From positions 4,464,001-4,528,000 of the forward strand of contig OZ281499.1 of the NCBI GenBank assembly GCA_965637545.1: 64,000 nt of DNA, in the 5' to 3' direction. Within the stretch, counting starts at the first letter, position 1. Every line of letters starts with the position of its first letter. The notes below the pieces were generated by a model that had not been told where the DNA came from, ran no database searches, and saw nothing but the letters and a program-made list of their open reading frames with translations. This DNA comes from Phallusia mammillata (taxonomy: Eukaryota). Positions 39,914 to 53,633 of the stretch are shown here, in pieces. The translations under genes were made by a program, and so were the position numbers.

Positions 39914-41132
39914 ATGAGTTCGTCGTTTGAAAACGTGCTTGATTTACTAAACTTCACTGTTGGAGTTGGTGATCAAGATTTTGTGGTTCCACAAAAATTT
40001 TTAGATTTTGAAGGAAGGTTTCGTGACGAACTGGAAAAAAGATTTCAATCATTTCAAAATAAAGGAGAAAAATTTTCTTTTTCACATTTTCAATATTACA
40101 AGATTCAGATTGACAATCTCAATGGAAAACAAGTCCTTCGAATGTTGATATCACTTACAAACAACGAAGAGTTGATGAAAGATGGAAATTGTTTCGTGTT
40201 TCTTGTCAACAACAAACCAGATACTTCACTGACTGTGCTTCACAGTAATTGTTGGTGTGAAACGCGTAGTGCTTTGACTGAATCAAATGAAGATAAAGGA
40301 AGACATGCAAGAGCATTTGATGATAAAACATGTTTCAAGCGCCAAAAGAACCCTGAGTTTGTCAGCTACGGTTCACAAACACTTGAAAAATTTCGCTCCA
40401 CATTACCTGAGCAATATGAGATATACATGAAGCAGACGATGTCCAATTTGAAACCAAAGTATCGTCGGTTGTTTTTTGGAATTGTATTCGAAATAGCAAA
40501 GTGTCACGTGATCAACTGGAAAGTACACAAATATTTAAAAACCTTTCCAACCTCTTCTCTTATCAAGTTAGCACTTGATAATGGATGCAGTGGAAAGTTG
40601 CAAGCGATTTTTAATGACCACAATTTCGATATTTCCTCCATTATGAGACAAACAAGGGATAGAGAAGAACAAATTGAGAGAGTCCATAGCGAAAAAAACA
40701 GACTACGTTTGGAGGGGGCAAAGGTCATCATTGACAAGTAAGATAAAGCAGTGGTCAGCAAGCTCCGGGACGCGGCCGGTGCCGGTCCGCGAGGAGTTTG
40801 TTACCATACTTTTTTATGTTATATCTTACATTTTTAAACATTTTGCCCATACATCCCGGGGATGATAAACTAATTTAAGCGTTTTCGTTGTTTGTAAAGG
40901 CCGGTCCGCGATAAAACTTCAGTTCCCCAAACGGTCTGCAGTACAATTATGGTTGTCGACCCCCGAGTTAAAGAGTTTGAAGGGAACGTTAGGCAAAATA
41001 AACCACATTGACAGTTTGGTTTGTCTAAACTTTTCTGTTTATCACAGGATTTTTGCACCCAACGCAGAAGGAAAGTATGATGGTGACAAAGTGAGACAAC
41101 TTGCTGACGCGATAAAGAAATTTTATGAATGA
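39914..41132 (+). CDS. Array copy 17, intact, MSSSF head, tail D; exons 39914-40737 + 41048-41132; 302 aa
   Basis: Donor GTAAGA 40738, acceptor CACAG 41047; MITE in intron. Confidence 0.85.
40749..40965. mobile_element. hAT-type MITE in the intron of copy 17
   Basis: Imperfect TIRs cagtggtcagcaa / ttgtcgacccccg; 8-bp TSD agataaag / agttaaag. Confidence 0.8.
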
Positions 41133-41494
41133 GATATCAAATACTGTGTGAACATTTCGTGCTATTAAAGATTACGTAGCGGTTAATTCTTCCTGTAATT
41201 GCGCTTAATAGCTAATCAATAATCTTGTAATTATGTGTATTTTTAGAAATGTTGGTGAATAATTTCTATGTATGTGTGTAAATACGATACATTTATACTG
41301 TAAATAGATGTGACACTTGTGTGGTAAATAAAACATATTTTGAGTTGAATAAAATGTCTTTGCTGAGGGCAAAAGCCAAAAAGGGCAATTTTGTAGGAAA
41401 CCAATCAGCAAAATTCGAACATGCAGCAGTTTCAGATTAAATACCTTTACAAATATTATCTCATGTCGAGAATTACTCTTAACTTCATATGAAA

Positions 41495-41504
41495 GGGAAT
41501 TCCC
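41495..41504 (+). promoter_or_regulatory. kB palindrome (others at 46404, 52618)
   Basis: GGGAATTCCC. Confidence 0.5.
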
Positions 41505-41773
41505 CATGGGTGTAAGTAAAGTTTTCATGTGGTGCTTGTCGTGTACTATTTTCGTCACACATAACACAATCACTGATATGTGGCGACACCAAGCGAAATT
41601 TATACAGTTCGTTTTTAAATTTACAACACAGGGATTAATTCAATAACTCAAATAATAAATTTCTTTTCATGTTTTTAAGGTAAGTAATTAGCTTGATAGA
41701 ACCGCTAGATCAGTGCTACTCCAACTGTGGAACACGTACCGGTAGAAATTAATTGATGCTTTGCCGTCATAAG

Positions 41774-41860
41774 AGTTTACTATCTCACGCTGAAGGAAAA
41801 TACAATGGTGAAAAAGTGATAAGATGTTGATGAGATGAAGTACCTTTACGAAAATGTTAC
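41774..41860 (+). pseudogene. Orphan degenerate copy of the last exon (tandem pair at ~52897-53000)
   Basis: cataag|agtttac...gctgaaggaaaatacaatggtgaaaaagtg...gatgagatgaag = AEGKYNGEKV...DEMK. Confidence 0.65.
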
Positions 41861-41930
41861 AATGTTATGCCTTCAAAGTTTTTATTTGGAAATAGATTTA
41901 TCTCACCAGATAGAAAATTTTCATTTAGAG

Positions 41931-42074
41931 CAGTGGTTCTTAACCTTTTCCTTGCTCCACCCCTTTCAAATCACCAACCAATTAACCAATCTTAATGATT
42001 CAGCATCCCCGGACCCCCTAGGAACAGTTCTCGCACCCCTTGGGGATGCGTGCACCCCAGGTTAAGAACCCCTG
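41931..42074. mobile_element. hAT-type MITE, 144 bp
   Basis: TIRs cagtggttcttaacc / ggttaagaacccctg; perfect TSD atttagag. Confidence 0.9.
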
Positions 42075-43735
42075 ATTTAGAGGTTGTGTGATCTGGAGCT
42101 ATTGGTTGCTAGAATTTGCCTCGTATTTAGAAGTTAAGAGTTCCTTTACTTCACTTTCATCCTTCAAGTTATGTAGTTTGAAATGTTCCAGGACACAAAC
42201 TATAGCTATTTTGGGGTACACACATAAATATTAAAGCAAATGCAGATCAACGTATTCCATTTAAACATCAGCGAACGCTTGTGTACAACAGTATACCTCT
42301 CATATTTGTCACGACGCCGTACTATACACATAGTTCCGTCTTTTTCCGCATCGCAATTGTGGAAATGCAAAGCATTAGGAAATGAGTGAGCACCGATAAT
42401 TTACAGCTGAAATATAGTAGGTTGAAAAAGTTCAATATTGCAAATATGATAATAATGCACAGTTAGGTTTCTACGAATAGTGTGATATGATCGAAATTTG
42501 CAACGCGGTTTCCGTTTGAAAGGAAATTGATGGGTATAACATGCAAATGTTACACCACACATAACATAAACAGTTCGTTTTTACTATTAAATCGTGAAAA
42601 AACGGCAAATAGTCTTTCAGTCAAGTAGGATTGCCGTTTGCAACGATATGACACACACTACTAAGAAACACTTCTAAACCGCGCTACTACGGGCAGGAGT
42701 ATACCATCCTTACAGTTACCCCAATATCAGTCAATAAAAACATAACCTAAAAAGCCGTAAACATAAATTAGACTTACTTATACAATGTAACGTCAGAAAT
42801 TTGCGCGTCTGGTACCGCGCCGGCGTCACACTAGATCAGAAGACCAATTTCTGGAAACGCGTGAATTTTATCTGAGCACATACAGTACAGTTGCAATCAC
42901 GTCAACTATGCGACTCACGTAAACATGGTCAAATCGGTTTTCCGCAAAGAAAATTTAAACTAAAAAAATGGGAAACGAAAATTAATTTTATTCCGGCAAA
43001 CGCTTACCAAAGTTTTAGACCAGGTTATCACAGATATACATAGCTTAAAATCATCAGAAAGCATTCTACACATAAAAACGTATACTTTAAATATTTAGTG
43101 CAAAATCATGCTCACCTTACAAAAGCAACATCATTCCTTTCATCTGAGTTATAAATTAAGCATTATGACCTATTAATGACAAACAAATTATATTTAGGCT
43201 AGTTACTTCCCTTACTTTAGTGAAAGTTTGCAAATTCAAGCCAGCAACTAACAAACTACACGTGGTCCAAACTAAACTCAATACTAAATGGCGAAAAAGC
43301 ACAGCAGAAAGAAGCTACAAGGGTATTGTTATGTCATAGGGGATTCTGGCATTGTAGTGCAATCACACAACATGAGATGTGACGTAGGTATACTGTTGAG
43401 AGATTTACGATGTTCCATACAAGATAAACTCGATCTTTATTTCTTTATTCTTAGTTATATCAGGGCCTCTTACCTTGTGTTTTAGATGTTCAAGTGGCGT
43501 TTGTTGTTGCTGTTACACACATGTTCGAAAGTTATATTCCTGTTTTTTTTTTTACCAAACCCAAAGTTTCACTAAGGTGATCTTTTTTGCCTGCAACACC
43601 TCGCACAATGACCAAAAATGTGAATTTCACAAACTCGGCTGGAAAACGTTATACCTGGAAAGCACTCTTTGCAACATTTCTCTGAAAACGATAGCATCGT
43701 ACTCGTTAATTACTTCAACCCTGGTCCCTTTAGGC

Positions 43736-44157
43736 CAGCGGTTCCCAAACTGGGGTCCGCGGTTCTTTAGGTGTCCGTGGGGCAATTTTTGGGGGACCGC
43801 GAAGCGGTTAAAGTAATTGTATAATCTTTTTTGGCGTCAGTTTGTGCCACTAAATAAGTTGAAATCAAAGTGAAAGCGAGAATCGACTGCCTCCATTGCT
43901 AAACAATGGCCTTTATTGAATGACAACTATCAAAAATGCAATTGTTCGCGCACAGTCGTAATGTTTTTGTCCTATTTGTGATGTCATATGCTATCTTTGG
44001 ATGATTGTTATGCGCAATTTTGCATAATTAGCTAAAATCCTGCAATCAACTTTAGTTTTTATGAAATACACATTTAGGCTTAAGGACCGCGAGTCCTCGA
44101 AATAATGGCAAAGGGACCGTTTTGAAAAAAAAATATGAAAAAGTTTGGGAACCACTG
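43736..44157. mobile_element. hAT-type MITE, 422 bp
   Basis: TIRs cagcggttcccaaact / agtttgggaaccactg; perfect TSD ctttaggc. Confidence 0.9.
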
Positions 44158-44860
44158 CTTTAGGCAGTTGTTGTGAAGTAAGGTCTTCTGGAAGCGATTG
44201 TCCTAAAAGCCGATAACCCTAGTCATTCCTCAAGGGCTAGGCAGTTGTTGTGTAGTAGGCAATCAGGGAAGCGATTGTCCTTCAGGCCTATAATCAAAGC
44301 GTAGAGCGTTACGATTCTTGGCTAGGCCCCAGGAAAAGTTTTGTTTTATAACTTTACTATTCGGACACAAAATATCTATTACCCAATGTTTACTATCGTA
44401 ATTTTTAGCCTTACATTGCTTCATGTGAAATTACAGATATCTGCAGTCATGAAGCATATCTCTACTGCCAGATCGGATCCGGTTTAAATTAATGAGACTT
44501 GCGACCAAATGAAGGTGAGTATAAAGTCAGGCCTGAATCAAACCCGTTTTCAATCCAGATCAAGTTATTTCGCCACGCTTTAAAAATGAAAAGTAATTAA
44601 CGAAAAGTAACTACGAGACGAAAGGTCAAATCATCGGCGAAAACCCACGCAGCCATCCAAGGCAAACTAAACACGCCTCGTTTGGCAAATCTATGCTGAG
44701 GGACGGGTTAACACAAGTGCCACAAGATAAATAACTGTTATTTGATGAGTGAATTCAAGCATAACCACAAATGAAATTACCCCTTGACGTCACCCCTTGT
44801 AGCACAACAAGAAGAAGTAACTTATTGTGAATATAGGGAGCAACTAAAAACAGAAATCAG

Positions 44861-44966
44861 TTGAATAAAATCGAACTTAATGTACAGTACCAAAGTTTGG
44901 AAACAGACGAAGAAGTTAAGTCTTGGAGAGTTAGTTTGTCGTATGAAAAGGTTCTTGAATTGTTTA
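44861..44966 (+). pseudogene. 5' relic in which the upstream block is in frame with SLSYEKVL
   Basis: LNKIELNVQYQSLETDEEVKSWRVSLSYEKVLELF. Confidence 0.6.
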
Positions 44967-45125
44967 CGCCGCTACGCGATTGGTATTTGCGCGAAATTAC
45001 CGTAGCGGCTGTGGAGAAGCAAGTCATTGTGAGAGTGTGGAACAAGCAGAGTCTATTAAATAAATTCGAACTCTAAGAACAATACCAAAACTTAAAAAAA
45101 TAGTCAAAACAGTTACTTTTGCAAA

Positions 45126-46109
45126 ATGGGTTTGTCGTTGGAAAACGTGCTTGATTTGTTGAACATATCGATTGAAGTTGGTGATCAAGATTTTGTACAT
45201 CCACAACTATTTTTCGAATTTCATGGAGAATTTCGGGACTACCTTGAAAGAAGAATTCCATACTTACAAAGCAAGGGAAGAACATTTTCATTTGAAAACT
45301 TTTGTCATTACAAAATTGAGATTGGTGATCTCGACGGAAAACAAGTTCTTCGAATGTTGATATCACTCACAAACAACGAAGAGTTAATGAAAGATGGAAA
45401 ATGTTTCGTGTTTCTGGTCAACAACGAACCAGATAGTTCACTGACCGTGTTTTACGAATATTGGTTTGAAACTCAAAGTGCTGCATCAGTAAGTGAGAGA
45501 CACAATTGGGCGAGGGCTTTCGATGACAAAACTTGCGAGAAACGTCAAAACAATCCAGAAAGATATCTTGGATTAGATCCACAAACGATGCACAAATTTC
45601 GCTCCACATTACCTGAGCAATATGAGATGTACATGAAACAGAAGATGGCCAATCTGCAACCCAACTATCGTCGATTGTTTTTCGGAGTTGTGTTTGAAAT
45701 TGCAAAATGCCACGTCAAGCATTGGAGACTTCACAAATCTTTAAAATACTTTCCAACCGCATCTCTTATCAAATTAGCAACCGATAATAAATGTAGTGGA
45801 AAGTTGCAGGCGATTTTTAACGACCACAATTTGGATATTTCATCCATTATGAGACGAACAAGGAATAGAGAAGAACAAATTGCGAACGTCCACAAAGAAA
45901 AAGCCAGACTACGTTTGGAGGGAGCAAAAGTCATCATTGACAAGTAAGTTAAGAAATTTAAAGGGCACATAGGTGAAACAAATCACATTGACAGTTTGGT
46001 TTGTTAAAACTTTTCTGTTTATCACAGGATTTTTCCTCCCATTGCTGAAGGAAAATATGATGGTGAAAAAGTGAAACAAGCAGCTGATGAGATAAAGAAA
46101 TTCTATTAA
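45126..46109 (+). CDS. Array copy 18, intact, tail D; exons 45126-45943 + 46028-46109; 299 aa
   Basis: Donor 45944, acceptor 46027; last exon ends ...IKKFY*. Confidence 0.88.
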
Positions 46110-47925
46110 TGAAACAATACGAATGAACATTGTGATCGCTTTCAGAATCTTTTTAGGACATTGAGTAGCATATAACCTTGCAGATTACATTGTATTTAAC
46201 GTTGGTTGACGAATTGTGTCTCTATGTATACAAATTATAATGTATAAACTGTGCAGTTTTGCAACCAATATGATATTTTATAACACTACTTTCTGCACTA
46301 TTTTTTTTTCGTTTTTTGCGCAACATGAAAACTTTTGAATGAGGCGCAAGGGTCATATGATAAATAATTGTTACTTGATGAAAGAAATCAAACACAACCA
46401 CACGGGAATTCCCCTTTGTAGTGACTAAGGTTTTGTTAAGTTTCGTCGTTCACACATTGATATCACGTCACCCTTACGAGACGCTTTATTCTGTGGCGAC
46501 ACCAAGCGACACAAAATCAACTTATATTTTAACCGTTAGTGACAAAGTTTTGAGTTTAATGGTAACAGAACAGGACAAACACCTTTAGCCACAGTATCAC
46601 GTTGTCATTTGAGCAATAAGAAACAGCATCAATTTACGCATGGAATTTTTGTACACATTGTAGTAGTTCTTCCTTTAATTGAATCGAACGTTGATTTGCA
46701 GTTAAACTGTGACTTTGAACAGTGGTTTGAGTAAAAAAGCGAAACTTATAATAATCAATACTATTGGGGTCGATTGCGAGACTTCAGTTTTAATCTACCT
46801 GTGCCATAAGTTCTGTGAAGCGAAACAAATGTTACTTGTGTGATTTTTCCCTCTGTTACAAAGGCCACAAAATAAATCATTTTCAGCATGACTAATGTTA
46901 ACAATACACCGCTATAAAAAAGGTGTTTGTGCCCCACGACCATTTGAAACAAGACAGTTACGGTATGGTTTGTGTGCTTAACCTTACCACCTGTGGGGAA
47001 GAAACTCATTCTGAGAAGGCAATAAATCAGTTTAATAAATTCCAACTCTAAATACAATACCAAAAGTCGAAAGTTTGCAGAATGACGTTGCAAACTTGCT
47101 TGCTTTGTTTACCATAAGTTGGTGATCAAGATACAAATCGTTTTCATTTCAACTGTTTATGTCAATATGCGCATCGCAAAATTGGACTTATTGTCAATGA
47201 AAACACTTGCAAGTTATGTTTAAATTGCTTTCATTTAAAGTGTGCTTGTTTTGAAAAAACTAATTAGGCTACTTCAGTTTAAAACAGGTTTTTAAACATG
47301 TCTCAATGAGATTTTGATATGCAGACACCGTAAATTATCTCATTTTGTCAGCAAACAAAACCGCTGTAGTTTAAATTAATTTGATGTTTGCTATCCAATG
47401 TCCGATTTTGGGACTTTAAAGGATTTATCTGATTTGATGTTTACCAAGTGTCATGCTGTTAAAGGATAATTTGGAAACAAACAAATTAAGTTCGAAAAAG
47501 GCCTCCAAGTATAATATCGCGAGTTTTTGCACCCTGCAAACTAGAGAAGAGGCTAAAGCTTACGTAGTCTCTTAATTGCAATACAGGCACCACATTTATT
47601 TTGTTACAATGATATTAGTCAGTTTGTAACTTAAGGGAATAAACGTTTAGCATAACTTTGTTCACACATTTGTGTCGCAGAAGAATTGGTTTGGGTTCAT
47701 AAAACCATTTTTGTTCTATCACCTGTGGTTGTTCGTTTTTTGTAACACATGATTATATAATTACAAACGGAATATATCAGTTACTTTATTGGTTTGTGTG
47801 CTTAACCCTAGCACCTGTTGGTGAGCTCCTCATTGTAAATGTGAGAAGCCACCAAACTAAGTAGAAGTTCAAAGTCTACATACAGCATCAAATTTTGGAA
47901 ACAGACAAAGAGTTAAGTTTGCAGA

Positions 47926-49155
47926 ATGAGTTTATCGTTTGAAAACGTGCTTGATTTAATGAACATAACCATCGAAGTGGGTGATCAAGACTCTGTGGAT
48001 CCAAAGAGGTTTTCCGATTTTCAAGGAGCTTTTCGGGACGACATCGAATCAAGAATTCCACGCTTTGCAAATAAAGGACAAATGTTTGCTTTTGATCATC
48101 TACAGTTTTACAAAATTGAGATTGGTGATCTCAACGGAAAACAAGTTCTTCGAATGTTGATATCACTCACAAACAACGAAGGGTTGATGAAACCTGGAAA
48201 TTGTTTTGTGTTTCTTGTCAACAACAAACCAGATAATTCACTGACTGTGCTGCAAAGTTATTGTTTCGAAGCACGAGGTGTTTCGGCTGAATCTGGAGAA
48301 GAAAGAGGTTTGTTTGCAAGAGCATTTGATGACAAAACGTGTTTCAAGCGTCAAAAGAACGCTGAGTTTGTCGGCTACGATTCAAAAACGCTTGAAAAAT
48401 TTCGTTTCACTTTATCTGAGCAATATGAGATATACATGCAAAAGAAGATGTCCAATTTGGAACCAAAATATCGTCGATTGTTTTGGGGAGTTTTGTTCGA
48501 CATAGCCAAATGTCACGTGATCAGCTGGAAAGTACACAAATATATAAAAAACTTTCCACAAGCCTCCTTTGTCAAATTAGCACTTGATAATGGATGTAGT
48601 GGAAAGTTGCAGGCGGTTTTTAACGACCACAATTTGAATGAGGACATTGAAAATATAAAAAAAACAGGCTGCCAACAAAAGCTCAAGCCTAGATGAAGTT
48701 CACCAATACAACGCAGATCTTCGTTTGAAAGGAGCTAAAACAATTATTGATCGGTGAGTAAACAGAATACCAACAGAAGTTTGTTTAAATATCTAGCTTC
48801 CATGTAGTAAAAGGTAACATCAATCAGAGTGTTTGTACATCGAGAACTACTGGCATTGTTCAAACAAATGGCTTGATTACAAATGTATGTGTGTTTATTT
48901 GTGATTATCAATTTGAAATAAGCCTTTTACTTTTCAAAAACAAACATTATACAAAAATCAATGAAATTTAGTTTGCGGTAAGTTCGCTCATGCAACAAAC
49001 CGACGTAGACTTTAAAAGAAGCGAATATGCATAAACATGTTTATCTAAATTTCATTTTGTTTTGTCTCAGGATTTTTCCTCCCAATGCTAATGGAAAATA
49101 TGACGGTGAAAAAGTTAAACAAGTAGCTGATGAGATAAAGAGATTTTATGAATGA
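47926..49155 (+). pseudogene. Array copy 19, tail A, single +1 in A8 run (48657-48664); last exon 49071-49155
   Basis: A8 versus A7 in sister copy 12; otherwise open with intact splice sites; could be a homopolymer assembly error. Confidence 0.65.
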
Positions 49156-50760
49156 AACATCAAATACGAACATTATGATCGTTTTTAGTTTCTCTTTGTA
49201 TATATAGTAGCTTATAATCCTGTAGATCAGGTAATAGATGTTTACATTGCATTTAACAATGGCAGATGAATTATGTCTCTGCGTGTACAAATTGTAATTA
49301 ATAAATTGTTCATTTTGTTACCAATGTGATGTATAAAAACATACTTTCTGTACCTAATTTTAGTTTTGCGAAATGTTTCTAATTGGTAGTAAAAACCTTT
49401 AAACGTTGATCAACAAATCATTTTCAGTATCACTAAATGCAGCTACAAATATGGTGTTTGTGCCCCACGACCATCAAAACAATACGGTCACCATATAAGA
49501 CAGTACAGTTACGGTATTGGTTTGTGTGCTTAACATTAGCACTTGCGGAGAAGGAACTCATTGTGAGAAGGCAATAAATCAGACGAATAAATTTGAACAG
49601 TAATTACATTACCGAAATTCGAAAGGTAGCAGAATGAGGTTGCAAACCTGCTTCCTTTGGTCAACATAAGTTGGCGATGAAGATAAAGTATACCAAACTA
49701 TGTTGTGTCGATACAAATCGTTTTAATTTAACTGTTAATGTCATTATGCGTGTAGCGTAATTGGACCTGTACTGATTAAAAACACTTGTAAGTTATATTT
49801 ATACGACCGATACGGCCTTTGTTCGATTTTAACTTAAGCAACAGGGAGCACAGAGCCTCTACACCCGTGTGCTGAGCATTAAGAGACAGATATTAGATAC
49901 AAATACTTATATAGAGTAAAAACATTAAAGTTGGTGATTACGATTCTGTAGATCCACAAAGATTTTCGGATATTTTTACAATGTTATTCAAACGCCATTT
50001 TAATTCGTTCGTTTACCCGACTACCATCAATACAAACCGCATCTATTTAATTTATGACACAACGTTATTTGTGTTGGCCTGTGTGCTTGATCTTAGCACT
50101 TGTTGAAAGGAAACTCAATGTCATTTTGAAAAACCATCAGAATCAGTTGCATAAAGTTGAAGCGTATACAAAGTACCAAAACTTGGATACAGACAGAAAC
50201 AGTCAGGTTATCGAAATAACTTTTGAAAACGTTTCGATTTGTTCAACACTACAATGGTTGTTGTCTGATCAAGATTTTGTATTAACAATAGATTTTTGAT
50301 TTGCTGTTACATTGCTAACTTGCACTCGGCTTTAACCATTATTATTTGAAACACCTCAGCGCAAGAAAAGCAATACGTCGTTTTTTAATCCATTTAATCT
50401 TAAGTTTGCTCATATTTAACAAACTAAGTAATACAGCTTAATACAGGTTTTTAAACATCCCAGAAAAAAGTTTGGATATGCAGACATTTAATATTATTTG
50501 TCAACAAACAAACCTGCTTAAGTTTAAATTAAATTAATGTTTGCTATCCAATGTCCGATTACGGAACTTGAAAGGTTTTTCTGTGGTTTAGATATTTGCG
50601 CAGTGTCTTGTTGTTAAAGTTAATTTGGAAACAAACAAAATAAGTTCGGAAAAGCCCTCCAAGTATAATATCGCGTGTTTTTGCATCCTGCAAACTAAAG
50701 AGGAGGCTATAGTTAACGCAGTCTCTTAATTGCAATTCAGGGCACTATATTTATGTTGTC

Positions 50761-51074
50761 CTTCCCAAACTATGCGCCGCGGCACACTGGTGTGCCGCCA
50801 GATGTCATTAGGTGTGCCGCAAAAAATATTGAAATTATAATCAATTAAGTAGAGTAGTAGTACCAGGTGCTTAGACAACTAGGCCAACATGCTCCACGTC
50901 TCTGAGATGTTCAACTAGGCTATTTAACTATGAAAGTGACCTGTATAGCGGCTTTATGACCTCATAGTTAGTGCCTTTGTCAGCTAAAAAAAGTATTCAA
51001 ATGTTCGAAGTGCGCCAAATAATTTTTGTTTTTTCTAAAATGCGCCTTAAAAGAAACAAGTTTGGGAACCACTG
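50761..51074. mobile_element. MITE with truncated left end, upstream of copy 20
   Basis: Right end agtttgggaaccactg, left remnant ttcccaaact; absent from paralogous region ~3585-3605. Confidence 0.75.
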
Positions 51075-51252
51075 CATTACAATGATATTCGCTATGTTGT
51101 ATGTGAGTGAACGTTTAGCATAACTTGGCTTAAACACTTTTATCGCAGATGATTTGCATCTAGTTTATGTTCATAAGATCGTTTTTAACCGATTGCTTGA
51201 GGTTGTTGGTTGTCTGTAAAATATTACAAACAGAAAAAAACGAATTAACACA

Positions 51253-52246
51253 ATGAGTTTGTCGTTTGAAAACGTGCTTGCCTTGTTAAACATAACACTT
51301 GAAGTTGGTGTTCAAGATTCTGTGGATCTAAAGAAGTTTTCAAATTTTCAAGGATTATTCCGAGAAGACCTCGAATCAAGAATTCCGTACTTTCAAAACG
51401 AAGGACAAATGTTTTCATTTGAAAAACTAGAATATTACAAAATTGAGATTGGTGATCGAAACGGAAAACAAGTTCTTCGAATGTTGATATCACTTACAAA
51501 CAACGAAGAGTTGATGAAAGATGGAAACTGTTTCGTGTTTCTTGTAAACAACGAACCAGATACTTCACTGACTGTGCTTCATAGGTATTGTTTCCAAGCA
51601 CGAGGTGTTTCGGCTGAATCTGGACACGAAAGAAGTTTGTTTGCAAGAGCATTTGATGACAAAACGTGTTTCAAGCGTCAAATGTACCCAAACTTTGTCG
51701 GCTACGATTCACAAACACTTGAAAAATTTCGCTCCACATTACCTGAGCAATATGAGATATACATGAAGCAGAGGATGATCGATTCGGGACCAAAATATCG
51801 TCGATTGTTTTTGGGAATTGTGTTCGAAATAGCAAAGTGTCATGTGAGGTTTTAGAAAGTTTACGAACATTTGAAACACTTTCCAACCGCTTCCCTTATC
51901 AAGTTAGCAATTGATAATGGATGTAGTGGAAAGTTGCAGACAGTTTTTAACGACCACAATTTGGATATTTCATCCATTATGAGACAACCAGGGAACAGAC
52001 AAGAACAAATTACAAACGTCCACAAAGAAAAAGCCAGATTACGTTTAGAGGGTGCAAAGATCATCATTGACATGTAAGTTAAATAATTTGAAGGGCACAA
52101 TAAGTGAAACAAATCACATTGACAGTTTAGTGTGTTAAAACTTTTCTGTTTGTAATCACAGGGTTTTTCTACCCAATGCTGAAGGAAAATATGATGGTAA
52201 AAAAGTGAGACAAGTTGCAGATGAGATAAAGAAATTTTATGAATGA
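51253..52246 (+). pseudogene. Array copy 20, tail D, nonsense TAG at 51853-51855 (Trp position); last exon 52162-52246
   Basis: ORFs 51253-51855 and 51871-52077 are in the same frame. Confidence 0.8.
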
Positions 52247-53633
52247 GATTTCAAACACTGTGTAAAAAATTTTCCTGTTTAAGATTACGCTGCACTTAAA
52301 TTCGTTTTGTATTTCCGCTTTATAGGTAATGAATAATCTTGTAATTATGTAATTTTAGAAATGTTGGTGATGAATTTGCATGTGAATGTGTGTATAAAAG
52401 ACATTTCGTTACATTTGTATTGTAGATAAATGTAATGCTTCTGTGGAAAATAAAGCATATTTTAGTTGATTAAAATGACTATATTAAGGACAAAAACAAA
52501 ACAGGCAATTCTTGAGGAATCCAAAAAGTTAAAACCGAAAACGTTGCAGCAGTTTCAGATCAAATACTTTCACAAATATTATCTCATGTCGAGAATTACT
52601 CTTAACTTCACATAAAAGGGAATTCCCCACAAGTGTAAATAAAGTTTTCATGTGGTGTGCTTGTCACGCTCTGTTATGGCGTCACACACAACAAAGTCAC
52701 TGATGTGTATCGACACCATGCGATACTTAATCAGTTTGTGTTTTAAATTCAAAACAAACTTATTTCAATAACTTAGACCGTAAGTGTGTTTTCCATAATG
52801 TTTTCGGGTAAGTAATTAGCTTTATAGAATAGATCAGTGCTACTCAAACTGTGGAACACGTACCGGCAGAAATTAGTCCATGTTTTTCCGTCATAAGAGT
52901 TTACCATCCCACGCTGAAGAAAAAAATACAAATGGTGAAAATATTTTCCTTCATAAAAGTTTACCATCCCACGCTGAGGAAAAATACAATGGTGAAAGAA
53001 TTTGCCTGGTATTTAGGAGTTTAAAATGCCTTTCCTTCACTTTTATCTTCCAAGTTATGTATTTTGAAATGTTTCAGGGCACAAGCTAAATGTGTTTTGG
53101 GGTACACAAAAATATTAAAGCAAATGTAGATCAACGTATTCGATTTAAACATCAGCTACTGCATCTCTATTTAAATTTAATTACACGCTTATGTACAACA
53201 TCATACCTCTCATATTTGTCATGACGTCGCACTATACACATGGTTCCGTCTTTTTCCGCATCGTATTTGTGGAAATGTCAAGCATTAAAAATGAGTGACA
53301 ATTTACAGCTGAAAAATTGTTGATTGGAAAAGTTTAGTGTTGCAAATATGATAATAATGCACGGTTAGGTTCCTACGAATAGCGAGATATGATCGAAATT
53401 TGCAACGCGGTTTCCGTTTGAAAGGAAATTGGTGGGCATAGCATGCAAATGTTACACCACACATAAACAGTTCGTTTTTACTATTAGATCTTGAAAAAAA
53501 CGGTAAATAGTCTTTCAGTCGGTAAAAGTAGGGTATTTGCAACGATATAACACGAACTACTTAGAACCACTTTTAAACTTTTTTACGGGCAGGAGTATAC
53601 ACACTTACAGTTACCGCAATATCAGCATAAATA

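Noticed and set aside
43288-43816. ORFs 43288-43485 and 43475-43816 as genes
   Set aside because: No recognisable motif, low-complexity stretch, and the second runs into a MITE
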